DNA of 35,869 bases from positions 1 to 35,869 of the forward strand of contig JASVEC010000178.1 in assembly GCA_030770535.1 (NCBI GenBank), read 5' to 3'. Position numbers and translations under genes: made by a program. The notes under the pieces are model-generated. The model searched no databases. It saw nothing but the letters and a program-made list of their open reading frames with translations, and was not told the DNA's origin. Positions 11,244 to 21,900 of this stretch are shown in pieces. Position 1 is the stretch's first letter, and each line of letters begins with the position of its first letter. Origin of the DNA: Batkoa obscura. Lineage: Eukaryota.

Positions 11244-11341
11244 GGGGATGTATTTTTTTGTTTAAGAATTTCAATAACAATTTTTCCACTCAAATAGCAC
11301 TTAAAAAATGGAGAAGCAATGAAGCCAAAAAAAACATCCCC
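11244..11341 (-). mobile_element. MITE family A copy 4 (98 bp)
   Basis: GGGGATG...CATCCCC with flanks ATTT/ATAT; ends 24 bp before the large transposon. Confidence 0.9.
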
Positions 11342-12101
11342 ATATAGTTAATTTGATATATATATGGGGTTGTCTGAATTAGTTTCATTATTTTATCCAA
11401 TTTTTGAAAAATTTTGTATTTTAAAAACTTCGCTTAAAATTCTATAAAATCACATCTTTTATTAAAACAAAAGTACCCAAACACAGTTCTAAATCATTCT
11501 ATTATAGCTCATACTGTAAGTTAGTTGAATTTCTACTAGATCTTAAATACATGTTCTTATAAAGCTTAATTGAGAAATATTTACTATCAACTGCTTTATA
11601 ACCAACATTGTAGATTTATTATCAAATAAATAAACTATTTTAATGTTATAATTACATTATTAATATATTGCCAAGTTAATAAATAGCTGCATGGGAGGGA
11701 GTGGTTAGCCCCAAAACTATAATTAACCATCCCTATATAGTACAAGTAATAATAGTTTTTACATATTATTACAGTTACTTGTTCTTTGACTATTTATTAA
11801 CTTAGCTATTAATAACTTAAGTAATCCTAATATTTAACAATCTATTTCTATCATTCAACAAACTACTTACTTGCTTAGTAAATATCGAAATTTTTAAATT
11901 CTCTGTTATCTTCATAAGGTAAGCTGGGATCGATCTTTTAATTTTTCTGTTTTCTATAGACTCTATTGTGAAATCTGGTACTCAGGGTTTGGAGTCAAGA
12001 ACAGCTATTGCTGGGTTGACTACACTATAAGTCAAAAGGTCTTAGGTTATGTAGCTAAGATAGACTCAAATCATGAAGCATAGCACATAATAAGCTATGG
12101 A

Positions 12102-12193
12102 CTATATAAAATAGGTAGAATAGACAATACTACTATAAAGTCTATATAAAATAAATAGAATAGACAATACTACTGTAAAGTCTATATAAAATA
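12102..12193 (+). repeat. 40-bp tandem repeat, about 2.3 copies, inside the transposon
   Basis: Unit CTATATAAAATARRTAGAATAGACAATACTACTRTAAAGT at 12102 and 12142, partial at 12182. Confidence 0.85.
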
Positions 12194-12443
12194 CTGTCAG
12201 AAAGACTTAGTGGCTTTATTAATAGTATAATATCAGGGAATAATTCAGTTAAAAAGCCTTGAGCTATTATGTTCTAAGATCTCTTTTATACTTCAATCAA
12301 GTATAGGTATTAAAACATGGTTAATAAGTTCTTTCTAGTTAGGCAATAGAAATTCACTCAGCAAATAAAACTGCAACTAGAATTATAAACAAGTTAGATA
12401 ATTATTATGTTATCATTAATCCGAGAATTAATAAAGCAATATT

Positions 12444-14108
12444 TCACACTATAACTTTAATTGGGACTATATCGCTTTTTTTTGATGTATCAGATATTGG
12501 ATAACAATGTAGTTTATTGTTATGTTTAATAAAGTGTAAATACTTCTTAATGCCCTGCATCTCTATTATTCTTTTTGTATTTTTGTTTCTTTTATACTTT
12601 TTAAAAATTATATCTGTTTTCCCATTATTAACAGTCGAGTTATTAATTTTATTATGCTCGCAAATAAAAGCCTCAAATCTTGAAATTAATTGATCGATAT
12701 CTTCTATTTTACCTAACGCTTCAAAACTACTTTTCCATTTTGAAAGGTTTCCAAAATGTCCATCAACTATACTTTTTCCATGATGCTCAGCAAAAAAATT
12801 AAGATTGACATTCAAACTACTATTTATTTTATGAATTTCTTTAAACATATGGGGATGTATTTTTGTATTTAAGAATTTTACTGACGATTTTTCCACATAA
12901 ATAGCGCTTAAAAAATGGAAAAATAATGAAACTAAAAAAAACAGCCCCATATAGTGTAGAAACTCTTGGGATCTAAAATGATTTCCTGTATCTGCCCATA
13001 TATTAATTTTTGTAAACTTTTTAAATAGAAGCTCTGTAGAGATTAAATCGATTAAACAATCTCCTGCATATGCTGAATCATGATTCAATATTTCAGATAA
13101 ATAACCAAAGTAAACTTTGCCTATTGTTTTATCATCTTTTAAATATAATACACCAAAGCCTAATACTGATATAGCTTGTTTATTATAATGATCTAGATTT
13201 ATTGAATCTGGTCTTGTTCCTATTTTCATATTTTGTTTAAAATCTAAAACTATTATACAACTTTTGTTATTTAATTTTTTGATAGTTTCATTAAATGTGT
13301 TTTTTTGAGTATCAACACAGAATTTATGTAATTTGTATAATTTTTCTTCTTCGTTGAAAATTTCTTGTATCTCTGCTTTGTTTTTTGCTGTATTTATTTT
13401 ATTTTCAAATAACTTTTTTCTAACTGTATACTGGGTACATATATTACATAGATCCGTTTTTCTTGCTGGATTTTTGAAATTACTTGGTATATATTTAAAG
13501 AACGTTGACCTAGCTACTGCTTTATCTCTTAGATCATTCAAATATTTACTATATATCATTCTTCTACTTTTATTTAATATATATATATTATCTGATGAAT
13601 ATTTACTATCATTATTTTTTTTATTAAATCTTGCTGAAATAGTTGAATCATTTAGTAAATATTGTATGATAGTTTCAATTTGGTCATCTTTAATTTTTTT
13701 TGTATTTTTAATCATAGGTTTTAATGTTAATATTTTATTATTATTACTTGTTTTTGAATAATCATATTGATTTCTATTTATATTAAACCCAAAACTCTTA
13801 CATTCATCAAAAGAATATACTGAAGCTATAGTTGATAATAACGCTACTTGCTGATTTTTGTTTCCTGTTTCCCTTAAAGCACTAATTTTATACATTACTT
13901 GATTAAGTTTATTATTATCGATAGTAAACTTTGATAATATATCTTTTATTTGTTTTGTTTTATTATAAAATTCCATAAACCTTGGGTTGTTATAAGTAGC
14001 TCTTAAAATTGATGTAAATGAATTACAATGTTTATATTGTGTACTCCTCCCTATTGTATTGAAATTTTCAAAAATTCCATTTCGAAGTTTAGTTATGAAA
14101 GTTTGCAT
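12444..14108 (-). CDS. DDD transposase (Sola2-like) carrying a 34-aa in-frame MITE insertion
   Basis: TDLCNIC (CxxC) with a downstream His; IIVLDFKQN, WADTGNHFRS and FFAEHHGKSIVDGHFG give three acidic residues resembling the DFSEN/SDG/HGKxxxDG signature. The ORF lies between TIRs. Confidence 0.82.
   Translation of the reverse strand: MQTFITKLRNGIFENFNTIGRSTQYKHCNSFTSILRATYNNPRFMEFYNKTKQIKDILSKFTIDNNKLNQVMYKISALRETGNKNQQVALLSTIASVYSFDECKSFGFNINRNQYDYSKTSNNNKILTLKPMIKNTKKIKDDQIETIIQYLLNDSTISARFNKKNNDSKYSSDNIYILNKSRRMIYSKYLNDLRDKAVARSTFFKYIPSNFKNPARKTDLCNICTQYTVRKKLFENKINTAKNKAEIQEIFNEEEKLYKLHKFCVDTQKNTFNETIKKLNNKSCIIVLDFKQNMKIGTRPDSINLDHYNKQAISVLGFGVLYLKDDKTIGKVYFGYLSEILNHDSAYAGDCLIDLISTELLFKKFTKINIWADTGNHFRSQEFLHYMGLFFLVSLFFHFLSAIYVEKSSVKFLNTKIHPHMFKEIHKINSSLNVNLNFFAEHHGKSIVDGHFGNLSKWKSSFEALGKIEDIDQLISRFEAFICEHNKINNSTVNNGKTDIIFKKYKRNKNTKRIIEMQGIKKYLHFIKHNNKLHCYPISDTSKKSDIVPIKVIV
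12851..12948 (-). mobile_element. MITE family A copy 5 (98 bp), inside the transposase ORF
   Basis: GGGGATG...CAGCCCC with ATAT at 12847-12850 and 12949-12952. Confidence 0.93.
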
Positions 14109-14515
14109 TTTATTTTTATTTCAAAAAAAAAAAAAAGTCAAATAAGTGTATTTATATAATTATATAATCATATAGTTATATATTATATATCTGTTAAATA
14201 TCTAACAGAACTAACATAAAATATATAGTTAGGAAAATTAGCTATTTAAGAAAAGGAAACAATTAAAATAAGTTTTAAATAGAGACATTTAATTTTAGAC
14301 TTTTTAGATTTAACCGTTATATTGAACACAAACTTGGGATTTTAAATTTGGATTAATTTCTAAGTAGATTCTGAAACCAATTAGGACAACCCCATATAAT
14401 AAAATAGTATAATAAACTTAATTTAACAGGGTCTTTGTTTAAAATTATAGATAGAGTTTATAAAAAAATTTATTAAGAGTAATATATAATTTTAGGTCGT
14501 AATAATTAAATTGAA

Positions 14516-15955
14516 TTATAACAAGTCAGCGATTGGTTGATAGCCTTCAAGTGAATTGAGGATAGAAACAACAGTAGCTAGTTTTTGTTCATTAGCACGT
14601 ACAGCTTGTAAGTTTAAATTGTTCATTGAAATATAAGCTTCTGGTAATGGACTAGGTACTCGGATTTTGCCTCGAGTTTGACGATCCAATGGTGAGATCA
14701 CCTTCTGTAATATATTACTAAATCCATTCTTTACCATAGCTTCAATCTGAGCATTGAAATCTACATTAGCCCGACGACTAACTTTAGGTGTATTACCCAT
14801 TCCGAATAAATTAGTTGGGAAGCTTGGTGGTGTGAAAAAACCATTATTTCCGGTGCTTCCGGTAGATCCAGTACTTCCAGTTGATCCAGTTGGCGTTGTA
14901 GAGCCAAAAGGGCTGCTTGAGGACCCAAAAGTACTTCCAAATGGATTGCTTGAAGATCCGAATAAATTTCCAAAAGGATTACTTGAAGACCCAGTTGATC
15001 CAGTTCCAGTACTTCCAGTTGATCCAGTTCCAGTTGACCCAGCTCCAGTAGATCCAGTAGATCCAGGACCATTAACAGCACCAGTAGCACTGTTTACGGC
15101 TTGATTGCTCCCTGACCAACGGCTATAAGTATAACAATAACCTGAAGCTTGAGTATTAAATACAGCGGAAACAGGGACATTAAATGGTGCCATATTATCA
15201 TTTGAAGTTACTTGTCCACCATTATAAGTATTGGTTAAGCTTGGATTTCTCTGTTGCCATTCAAACCATAACTTATCGATAAATACATGATGTAAGTAAA
15301 ACAATGGATCATTAGAAGAATACATATAAGACATATCACCACTATTACCACCAATACCTACATGCACCGCTCCATGTGGTCCGTTTTCAATACCATTATG
15401 AAACGAATTATAATCTGTCGATTGGATAAATATAGACTCTACAGCTTCTGGGGAATAAAAGGAATTGATGGCATTCCCACCATTAAATTGCCGTTGTAAA
15501 CAATGGCCATTTGGGATAAAAGCTTGAAAATTGGTAAATTGAGAAGTGGTGATACAACCGTTCGAACCCCCATTACCACCAAAATGATCTGGTTGAAATA
15601 CAACAGATTTTTCAGGAGACTGAGAATCAATGGTCCAATCCCAATAAGGGAGAATTACAGATGGATCTACTTTTTGTAAAGCTAATTCAAAGCGACGTAA
15701 AAATTCTCGATGCCATGGGAAAAAAGCAGGTACACCATGTGCTACCGGAGAGTTATTATAATGAATACCTGAACTTATGGAGTAGTAGTTGTTTTGAGTA
15801 GCATTTAATTTGATAAAAGCATTGATAAATCGATTCAATTGATCACTGGATAGTTGTCGGATTTCAGGCCTTGTTGCAATTGTTGAGCAACCTTGAGCAT
15901 TAATTTTGGCTATCAAGAGCGTAATAAATAAGAGTATATTAGTTATATCAAGCAT
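14516..15955 (-). CDS. secreted tyrosinase (type-3 di-copper protein), 479 aa
   Basis: Signal peptide MLDITNILLFITLLIAKINA; CuA motifs GIH, AHG and FFPWHR; LPYWDW; CuB motifs PHGAVH and DPLFYLHH; Gly/Ser/Thr-rich linker. Confidence 0.95.
   Translation of the reverse strand: MLDITNILLFITLLIAKINAQGCSTIATRPEIRQLSSDQLNRFINAFIKLNATQNNYYSISSGIHYNNSPVAHGVPAFFPWHREFLRRFELALQKVDPSVILPYWDWTIDSQSPEKSVVFQPDHFGGNGGSNGCITTSQFTNFQAFIPNGHCLQRQFNGGNAINSFYSPEAVESIFIQSTDYNSFHNGIENGPHGAVHVGIGGNSGDMSYMYSSNDPLFYLHHVFIDKLWFEWQQRNPSLTNTYNGGQVTSNDNMAPFNVPVSAVFNTQASGYCYTYSRWSGSNQAVNSATGAVNGPGSTGSTGAGSTGTGSTGSTGTGSTGSSSNPFGNLFGSSSNPFGSTFGSSSSPFGSTTPTGSTGSTGSTGSTGNNGFFTPPSFPTNLFGMGNTPKVSRRANVDFNAQIEAMVKNGFSNILQKVISPLDRQTRGKIRVPSPLPEAYISMNNLNLQAVRANEQKLATVVSILNSLEGYQPIADLL
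14846..15068 (-). repeat. coding low-complexity repeats (GSTG and SSSNPFG units)
   Basis: Repeated CCAGTTGAT/CCAGTAGAT units encode STG repeats; three SSS(N/S)PFG units. Confidence 0.8.
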
Positions 15956-16823
15956 CTTTTTTATATTAATTTATATAATTTTTTTATGGTATCGTTTTTT
16001 TATAGTTATATTGATTAGTTTTTCTTTTTATATTGTTTTTTAGTCATCTATTATTCCCCTAAGTGCTAACAAATTGCATTTTGGGGTGGAATTTAAAAAC
16101 CTTACCCTAAAGTAGCTAAATCTTGATTAAGTTAACAAAATCAACTCATCTAGACGAATAAAAATACGATTTAGTTAGAACTGTTTCAATTCTAACATGA
16201 CTTTTTTAATAATAACTTTTGAATTTAAATAATTTGCATGCCTAATTTTTTTATATGTAGTCTTTAGAATTTACCAATTTTAGTCAAGATTTATTTGCAA
16301 ATATAACGCAAGAAAAGTCATAAGAGAGCTGAAGCAGTTATATCAACCCAGTTATTTTTAATATTTTATATAAAATCTACTCTACCAGCTCTAATTTCAC
16401 CAATTAATTTAATGCCTTATACTTCAATTAGTTAAATCGGTATTATATATAAAACTTAAACTGATCTTGCCAAGGAAAAGCAAAATATTGCATTAAAGAT
16501 ATATATTAAAACAAATATAATCATAGTTTGTTTTATTGAATTACAACATTATTTACTAGATTAATATACAGGTTAACTATTAATATACAACTCTTTATAT
16601 TTAAGGAGAGTATAAGGTTAATGAACTTGGACTATTTTTATATGGAGATTAAATGGATAAAACGTTTTGTTACTTGATTGTTTAATATGTTGATAAAATA
16701 ATTTAGGATCTAGATAAATTTAAAGTAGATGTAGCATATCAGGTTTTATATCTACCAATACTAAAACAATCCACATTATTTCCCTTATTGCTTATCTTTT
16801 TCTAAACTTCTTAATCACTATAT

Positions 16824-16922
16824 GGGAGTGTTTTTTTTGACTTCATTATTTTTTCCACTTTTTAAGCGCTATTTGAGTGGAAAATTTGTTGGTAAAATTC
16901 TTAAACACAAAAATGCATCCCC
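16824..16922 (+). mobile_element. MITE family A copy 6 (99 bp)
   Basis: GGGAGTG...CATCCCC with ATAT duplication. Confidence 0.92.
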
Positions 16923-17469
16923 ATATAGTATTAATTTTTAATTATTTTATGCAAACTTTGCAAATTTTCCAATTTATATCAGCTACCATAATAGTCACTT
17001 TCTAAATGTTAATTACTTCTCTTAAAAACAACCTACTATGTTAATCCAACGGCATTATTATTTACATTATGGGCTAAACTAGTTTTTAAAAGCTATATAA
17101 TCCAATTTTAATGAAAAATCATATTTATTTATATAGGTCTTCAAAGAAAAAAATCTATTAAAACCTAATCACACTTTTAAACAGAAACTAAGAACTTAAG
17201 CTTATGCAATTATTATATCTCTTTTATAAAATTATAATCGTTCATTTTAGAGTAAATTTTTTACCAAAATTAGAATAAGATTTAAAGATTCAAAAAATTT
17301 AACAAGGCAAAAAATTTATAAAATTATCACCATTTTATAAAAGAGCTATACCAAGATAAGTTTACCAATTAAACTGGGTCAATTAATTGAAATTAAATTT
17401 TAAAGGGGTAATCAAAACTAGAGTTTTTTAGCCAAATTTTACAACCAATACAATTTAGAACTACTAAGT

Positions 17470-17567
17470 GGGGACGCTTTTTTGGCTTTATTACTTTTTC
17501 CATCTTTTAAGTGCTATTTGAGTGGAAAAATTGTTAGTAAAATTCTTAAACACAAAAATACATCCCC
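17470..17567 (+). mobile_element. MITE family A copy 7 (98 bp)
   Basis: GGGGACG...CATCCCC with flanks AAGT/AAAT. Confidence 0.9.
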
Positions 17568-18108
17568 AAATACTATCTCTGTCCTTAAATATACTAGTCA
17601 CACCAATTGATCCAACTGAAGATATCTTTTTCATGTATATAATTATAGGATTTTAAATTAAAAATAAAAGCAGAAAATAATACTAATAAAAACTTTTTAG
17701 ATTAATGATTAAAGCCATGTATTAAGAAGTCATCATTTGTTACAATACTATTTAATTTGTGATTACTCAAAGTTAGATAAATAATCGGAACAAGTTTTGC
17801 AATTTGCTTTTTTAGAGCAAATAATAAATTAAAATTGAATAAAAAATAATAACAAAACAATACATATCAGTTATAGATATTAATTTTCAAATGTTTGAAT
17901 TAAGTTTTAATACTTTTGAAAATTAACCAAAGTTTAAAATTACGCCTAAAATTATAAAAACAATATAAGAATATATTAGGTTAATATTAAAAACTATTTG
18001 AGCTTAATATAAAATGTCTGGAATTTTGATGTTATCATTATAAAGTATTATATTATCATAACGTTAAAAAAGATTCAATTAATAAAATATTCGTATACTT
18101 TAATATAT

Positions 18109-18206
18109 GGGGATGCATTTTTGTGTTTAAGAATTTTACTAACAAATTTTCCACTCAAATAGCGCTTAAAAAATGTAAAAGTAATGAAATCAAAAAAAAA
18201 ATCCCC
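18109..18206 (-). mobile_element. MITE family A copy 8 (98 bp)
   Basis: GGGGATG...ATCCCC with ATAT duplication. Confidence 0.92.
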
Positions 18207-18551
18207 ATATATTATATATTTAATAATTATACTTCTTCAAAAGTAGCTATATAAGTTTTATTAATAATGTATTTAAGAATTTGTAAGAACTTTATATAAT
18301 AATGCAAAGTAAAAATAAAAAATACAAAAGCTTATAACTTTAACTGTGATATCTTTAACTACAGCTATTCCAACCTTCATTACATGGATTTTCATTTCAC
18401 TTTTACTAAAAATATTGTTAAAAATTTTAATTCATTCTGTTTATACTTTTTCCTGAAATAAACGTGATAAGCTGAAGATCTTTCATGCTATTAAAATTTA
18501 AAACTTATCATATACTACAGCTATTCACAGCTTCTTTTTATTTTATTATAT

Positions 18552-18644
18552 GGGGATGTGCTTTTGTGTTTAAGAATTTTACTAACAAATTTTCCACTTA
18601 AATAGTGCTTGAAAAATAGAGAAAGTAATTAAATAAACCCCCCC
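18552..18644 (-). mobile_element. MITE family A copy 9 (93 bp)
   Basis: GGGGATG...CCCCCCC with ATAT duplication. Confidence 0.88.
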
Positions 18645-18978
18645 ATATTTTGAATTTTTATGGTTTTCTTTGTGTATCTAAACCCATAGTTCTTGATTCA
18701 AATATATCAATTTATACTTACAAAATATATAATATGAGGCTTTGGAAAATGTAATAAAGTTTTATATTATTTGAAAAGCATAGGAAGTATTTGCAGCACT
18801 CGAGTAAAAATTCCTGATAAAATCAATTTTGAATTCATTCGTGAATTGGCTTTATAGTTTTAACTTTGTATAAAAATATTAAGTATTAAGATTATATACT
18901 TTATTTACAACTATTTAATGTAACACCTAAACTTGAGTGCATTCTGGAATAGATATTACGGTTCATAACTGATCAAAT

Positions 18979-20466
18979 TTACTCTCTTTTTGCCTTTTTA
19001 AATAATTTCATAAACCTACTTAACGCTTTAGCCCAAATAAACAATACTGTGGAAGTAAAACAAAGCAATATATAAAAAGTAGGTAATAAAAACGAATAGT
19101 ACTCCCAATAAAACTTCAAATCAATGGTTGGTTTATAGCAAAATAATTGATAATTACATGATTTACTTTTTTGAATGTATTTTAGTATTAGATAAATCGC
19201 CCTTTCTTTTGCATCCTTGCTATTTGTGTTCATTACACTATTAAGCCCAATTATTTTACTTTTATCAATATTGTCTAATACTTTAATCACTTTATTTACT
19301 ATGTTATTTTGGTTCAATTCTTTGTACTCTAGATAATCTCCTATCTTTAAAGTTAATAATTTGTTTGCTGAATATGGTTGATCAGCAAATAAAGGAAAGC
19401 ATAATATTGGTTTAGTGTTATTAATAGATTCCAACAAAGATTCCATACCACAATGGGATATAAATAGCTTGATATTGGGGCTATTTAAGATATTAATTTG
19501 TGGTAAATTGCTACCACAATAAATATTAGGATGGGAACATGAATATCTGGTAGAATAAATAACAGAATCGATGGCAGTATCTAAAAGTAAATTGGACATG
19601 CTTTCAATAATTGTTTCATGGACATTAATTGGTAATTGGGCATTATTTCCAAATGCTATATATATTATCTTCTTTTTACTATTTAAAATATTCAAGATAT
19701 CTTCATTTCCTAATGTAGACAGAGTAGAATTAAATATAGGTCCAACTAAATGGAAATGCTTAGGTACTTTATTTAATTCGAATCCTGAGAAGGAATGAAC
19801 TAAATTGAGTGTCTTTGAATACTCCGCAAACACATAGTTTTGACTAGCGATACCAAAAGAACCTCTCATCAAGTTAAGTTCTTTTAATATGTCATAGTAA
19901 GAAAAATACTCTTTTAATAACTCAAATGAATTAAAACGATCATCATTAAAATTAAATGAAAAGGTGGGTTTGGCACTGGAAAATACATCTAAGCTTTGTA
20001 AATTAATAGCTAATGGTATGTTTTTCAACAAAGCTAAATCTACGCATGCTGGTGTCATAAAATCACATATAATTAAATCTAAGTCCTTATTATCCTCAAT
20101 AAAATTACGTAACTCACTAAAGCTAGCTTGATAACCTTTCAACAATAAAAACTTTAACAATTTTAATGTTGCTTGTTGATGACTTGTTTTACAAAGTGTT
20201 TTAATACCATTTTCAAATAGCTTTCCAGCACTTTTATATGGACTTTCTCCTGAACTTACTTTTTTGATTTTACTGCTTGGACTATTTTGTAAGCTGGCAT
20301 CATCACTTAAATATGTTATTTTATGACCCATATCAGAAAGAGTTTCACTGACCTCTATTAACCATCGAATATGCGATCTTCCTCCTCCAGAAGAATGGAT
20401 TAATATGTTGTAGGCTAATAATAATGGTAAAACATAAACAAGTAGAATTGAAATATGGAGTTTCAT
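18979..20466 (-). CDS. UDP-glycosyltransferase (GT1, UDP-glucuronosyl/glucosyltransferase type), about 495 aa
   Basis: Signal peptide from the ATG at 20466; GGRSH catalytic His; DLIICDF; signature LPQINIL...LFISHCGMESLLES...PILCFPLFADQ; C-terminal TM helix and KKAKRE tail. Confidence 0.92.
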   Translation of the reverse strand: MKLHISILLVYVLPLLLAYNILIHSSGGGRSHIRWLIEVSETLSDMGHKITYLSDDASLQNSPSSKIKKVSSGESPYKSAGKLFENGIKTLCKTSHQQATLKLLKFLLLKGYQASFSELRNFIEDNKDLDLIICDFMTPACVDLALLKNIPLAINLQSLDVFSSAKPTFSFNFNDDRFNSFELLKEYFSYYDILKELNLMRGSFGIASQNYVFAEYSKTLNLVHSFSGFELNKVPKHFHLVGPIFNSTLSTLGNEDILNILNSKKKIIYIAFGNNAQLPINVHETIIESMSNLLLDTAIDSVIYSTRYSCSHPNIYCGSNLPQINILNSPNIKLFISHCGMESLLESINNTKPILCFPLFADQPYSANKLLTLKIGDYLEYKELNQNNIVNKVIKVLDNIDKSKIIGLNSVMNTNSKDAKERAIYLILKYIQKSKSCNYQLFCYKPTIDLKFYWEYYSFLLPTFYILLCFTSTVLFIWAKALSRFMKLFKKAKRE

Positions 20467-20659
20467 TTTCGAAATGCTAATCAACTTTATATAGTTTTTA
20501 AATTGAAATTCAAGTTTTTATATCTTTTTATTGTTATGTTTGTGATATATTACAGTGGTGCTCTTTTAAGGGATATAAGCTTGCCTTATGGTCATACCAC
20601 ATTTTATGAGAACAAGTTTTTATTTATTCAAATCTAAATTGTATTTTAAAAGTATATAT

Positions 20660-20752
20660 GGGATGTTTTTGAGTTCCATCACTTTTCCATTTTTTAAATG
20701 CTATTGAATGGAAAAACTGTTAGTATATTTCTTAAACAAAAAAGACGCTCTT
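20660..20752 (+). mobile_element. MITE family A copy 10 (degenerate)
   Basis: GGGATGTTTTT...TTCCATTTTTTAAATGCTATT...GGAAAAACTGTTAGTA...CTTAAACAAAAAA; right terminus decayed. Confidence 0.75.
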
Positions 20753-20948
20753 ATACTCATATTGAATACACTTGTATAAATGTTTACAAATTATGAATGG
20801 CTCATATATATGCTAACTTTATTTAAGCTCAAACTATATTTTACTATTTAAATCCATTATTCAAATTAGTCCTAGCTTTAAAACTCTTTATAGAAATTAA
20901 AATTATTGATAGTTATATTTATTAATAATTCACTAAACCTAAGAATAT

Positions 20949-21044
20949 GAGTGTTTTTTTTACCTCATTATTTTTTCCATTTTTTAAGTGCCATTCAAGC
21001 GGAAAATTTGTTAGTAAAATTCTTAAATATAAAAATACATACCC
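20949..21044 (+). mobile_element. MITE family A copy 11
   Basis: GAGTG...CATACCC with ATAT on both sides. Confidence 0.88.
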
Positions 21045-21738
21045 ATATAGTGGATAAAGTATGTTATGGTTCCAGAAAAGCGGAAAATCTGGAATTTATT
21101 CTTTTATAACAGGGATTTAAACTTGTGAGCTAATGTGAGGATTGGTTCTCAAGATTAAATCAACAATATATGTTAGTATTTAGCCCTCTTTTGTTTTATG
21201 TTTTAAAGGAGTTAGACTCCTAAGTGATTTATTGTTGGAAGTGAGTAAGAGATTTTTTTGGGATTTTCTTTTTAATATTAATATTACTGCTTATTCTTAC
21301 AAGTAAACTAAAAAATAGAATTTCAATCCAGAACTTTAAATTATTGTTCCAGTTTGAATTATCATCTTGTAATTATAACCTAAATAGTTAAAAAACGATG
21401 CCTAAATTGAATAACAGCAAAAATGAAAATTAGCAAAATAGAAATATTATAGTAAAAGTTATTAGGCTTTTAAACAGATAAAACTGATTTTGTATCATTC
21501 GACATTCCCGATGTTTATTACTTCATGTTTATAATAACAGAACTATTTTAATAACATTAGTTTCTATTGAAATTAAATTTAGCTATGATCAAAATTGAAT
21601 ATTTTTTATTATAAATTTTCGGATTTTGTTTAATTTTTTAGGTTTATTGTTGATATAATTTTACTTTAGTTTGTTCGAATTTTGTTTTTTGGGATAAACA
21701 TTCTAGGTTGAAAACCCCAAGTGAAATTTTGATTAATT

Positions 21739-21836
21739 GGGGATGTATTTTTATATTTAAGAATTTTACTAACAAATTTTCCACTTAAATAGTGTTTAAA
21801 AAATGGAAAAAGTAATGAAGTTAAAAAAACACTCCC
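21739..21836 (-). mobile_element. MITE family A copy 12 (98 bp)
   Basis: GGGGATG...CACTCCC with AATT duplicated (21735-21738, 21837-21840). Confidence 0.92.
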
Positions 21837-21900
21837 AATTAGTTTTTTATTAAAAATTAACTCATTATGTAAGTAAGAGTTTCAATTGAAAAGAAATCAA

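Larger units (their letters stand above)
11366..14393 (-). mobile_element. 3028-bp TIR DNA transposon, Sola-like (closest to Sola2)
   Basis: Left TIR GGGGTTGTCTGAATTAGTTTCA matches the right TIR reverse complement GGGGTTGTCCTAATTGGTTTCA at 19/22. ATAT is duplicated at 11362-11365 and 14394-14397. The element encloses a transposase ORF. Confidence 0.88.

Noticed and set aside
12847..12952. MITE insertion as a spliceable intron (introner)
   Set aside because: On the transposase sense strand it starts GGGGCT and ends CCCC, with no GT...AG at the boundaries.
13333..15630. ORFs 13333-13761, 14754-15104, 14761-15090 and 15439-15630
   Set aside because: Antisense or alternative-frame shadows of the transposase and tyrosinase, including its repeat region.
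14516..20466. Tyrosinase plus UGT as a biosynthetic gene cluster
   Set aside because: No backbone synthase or transporter; adjacency alone is insufficient.
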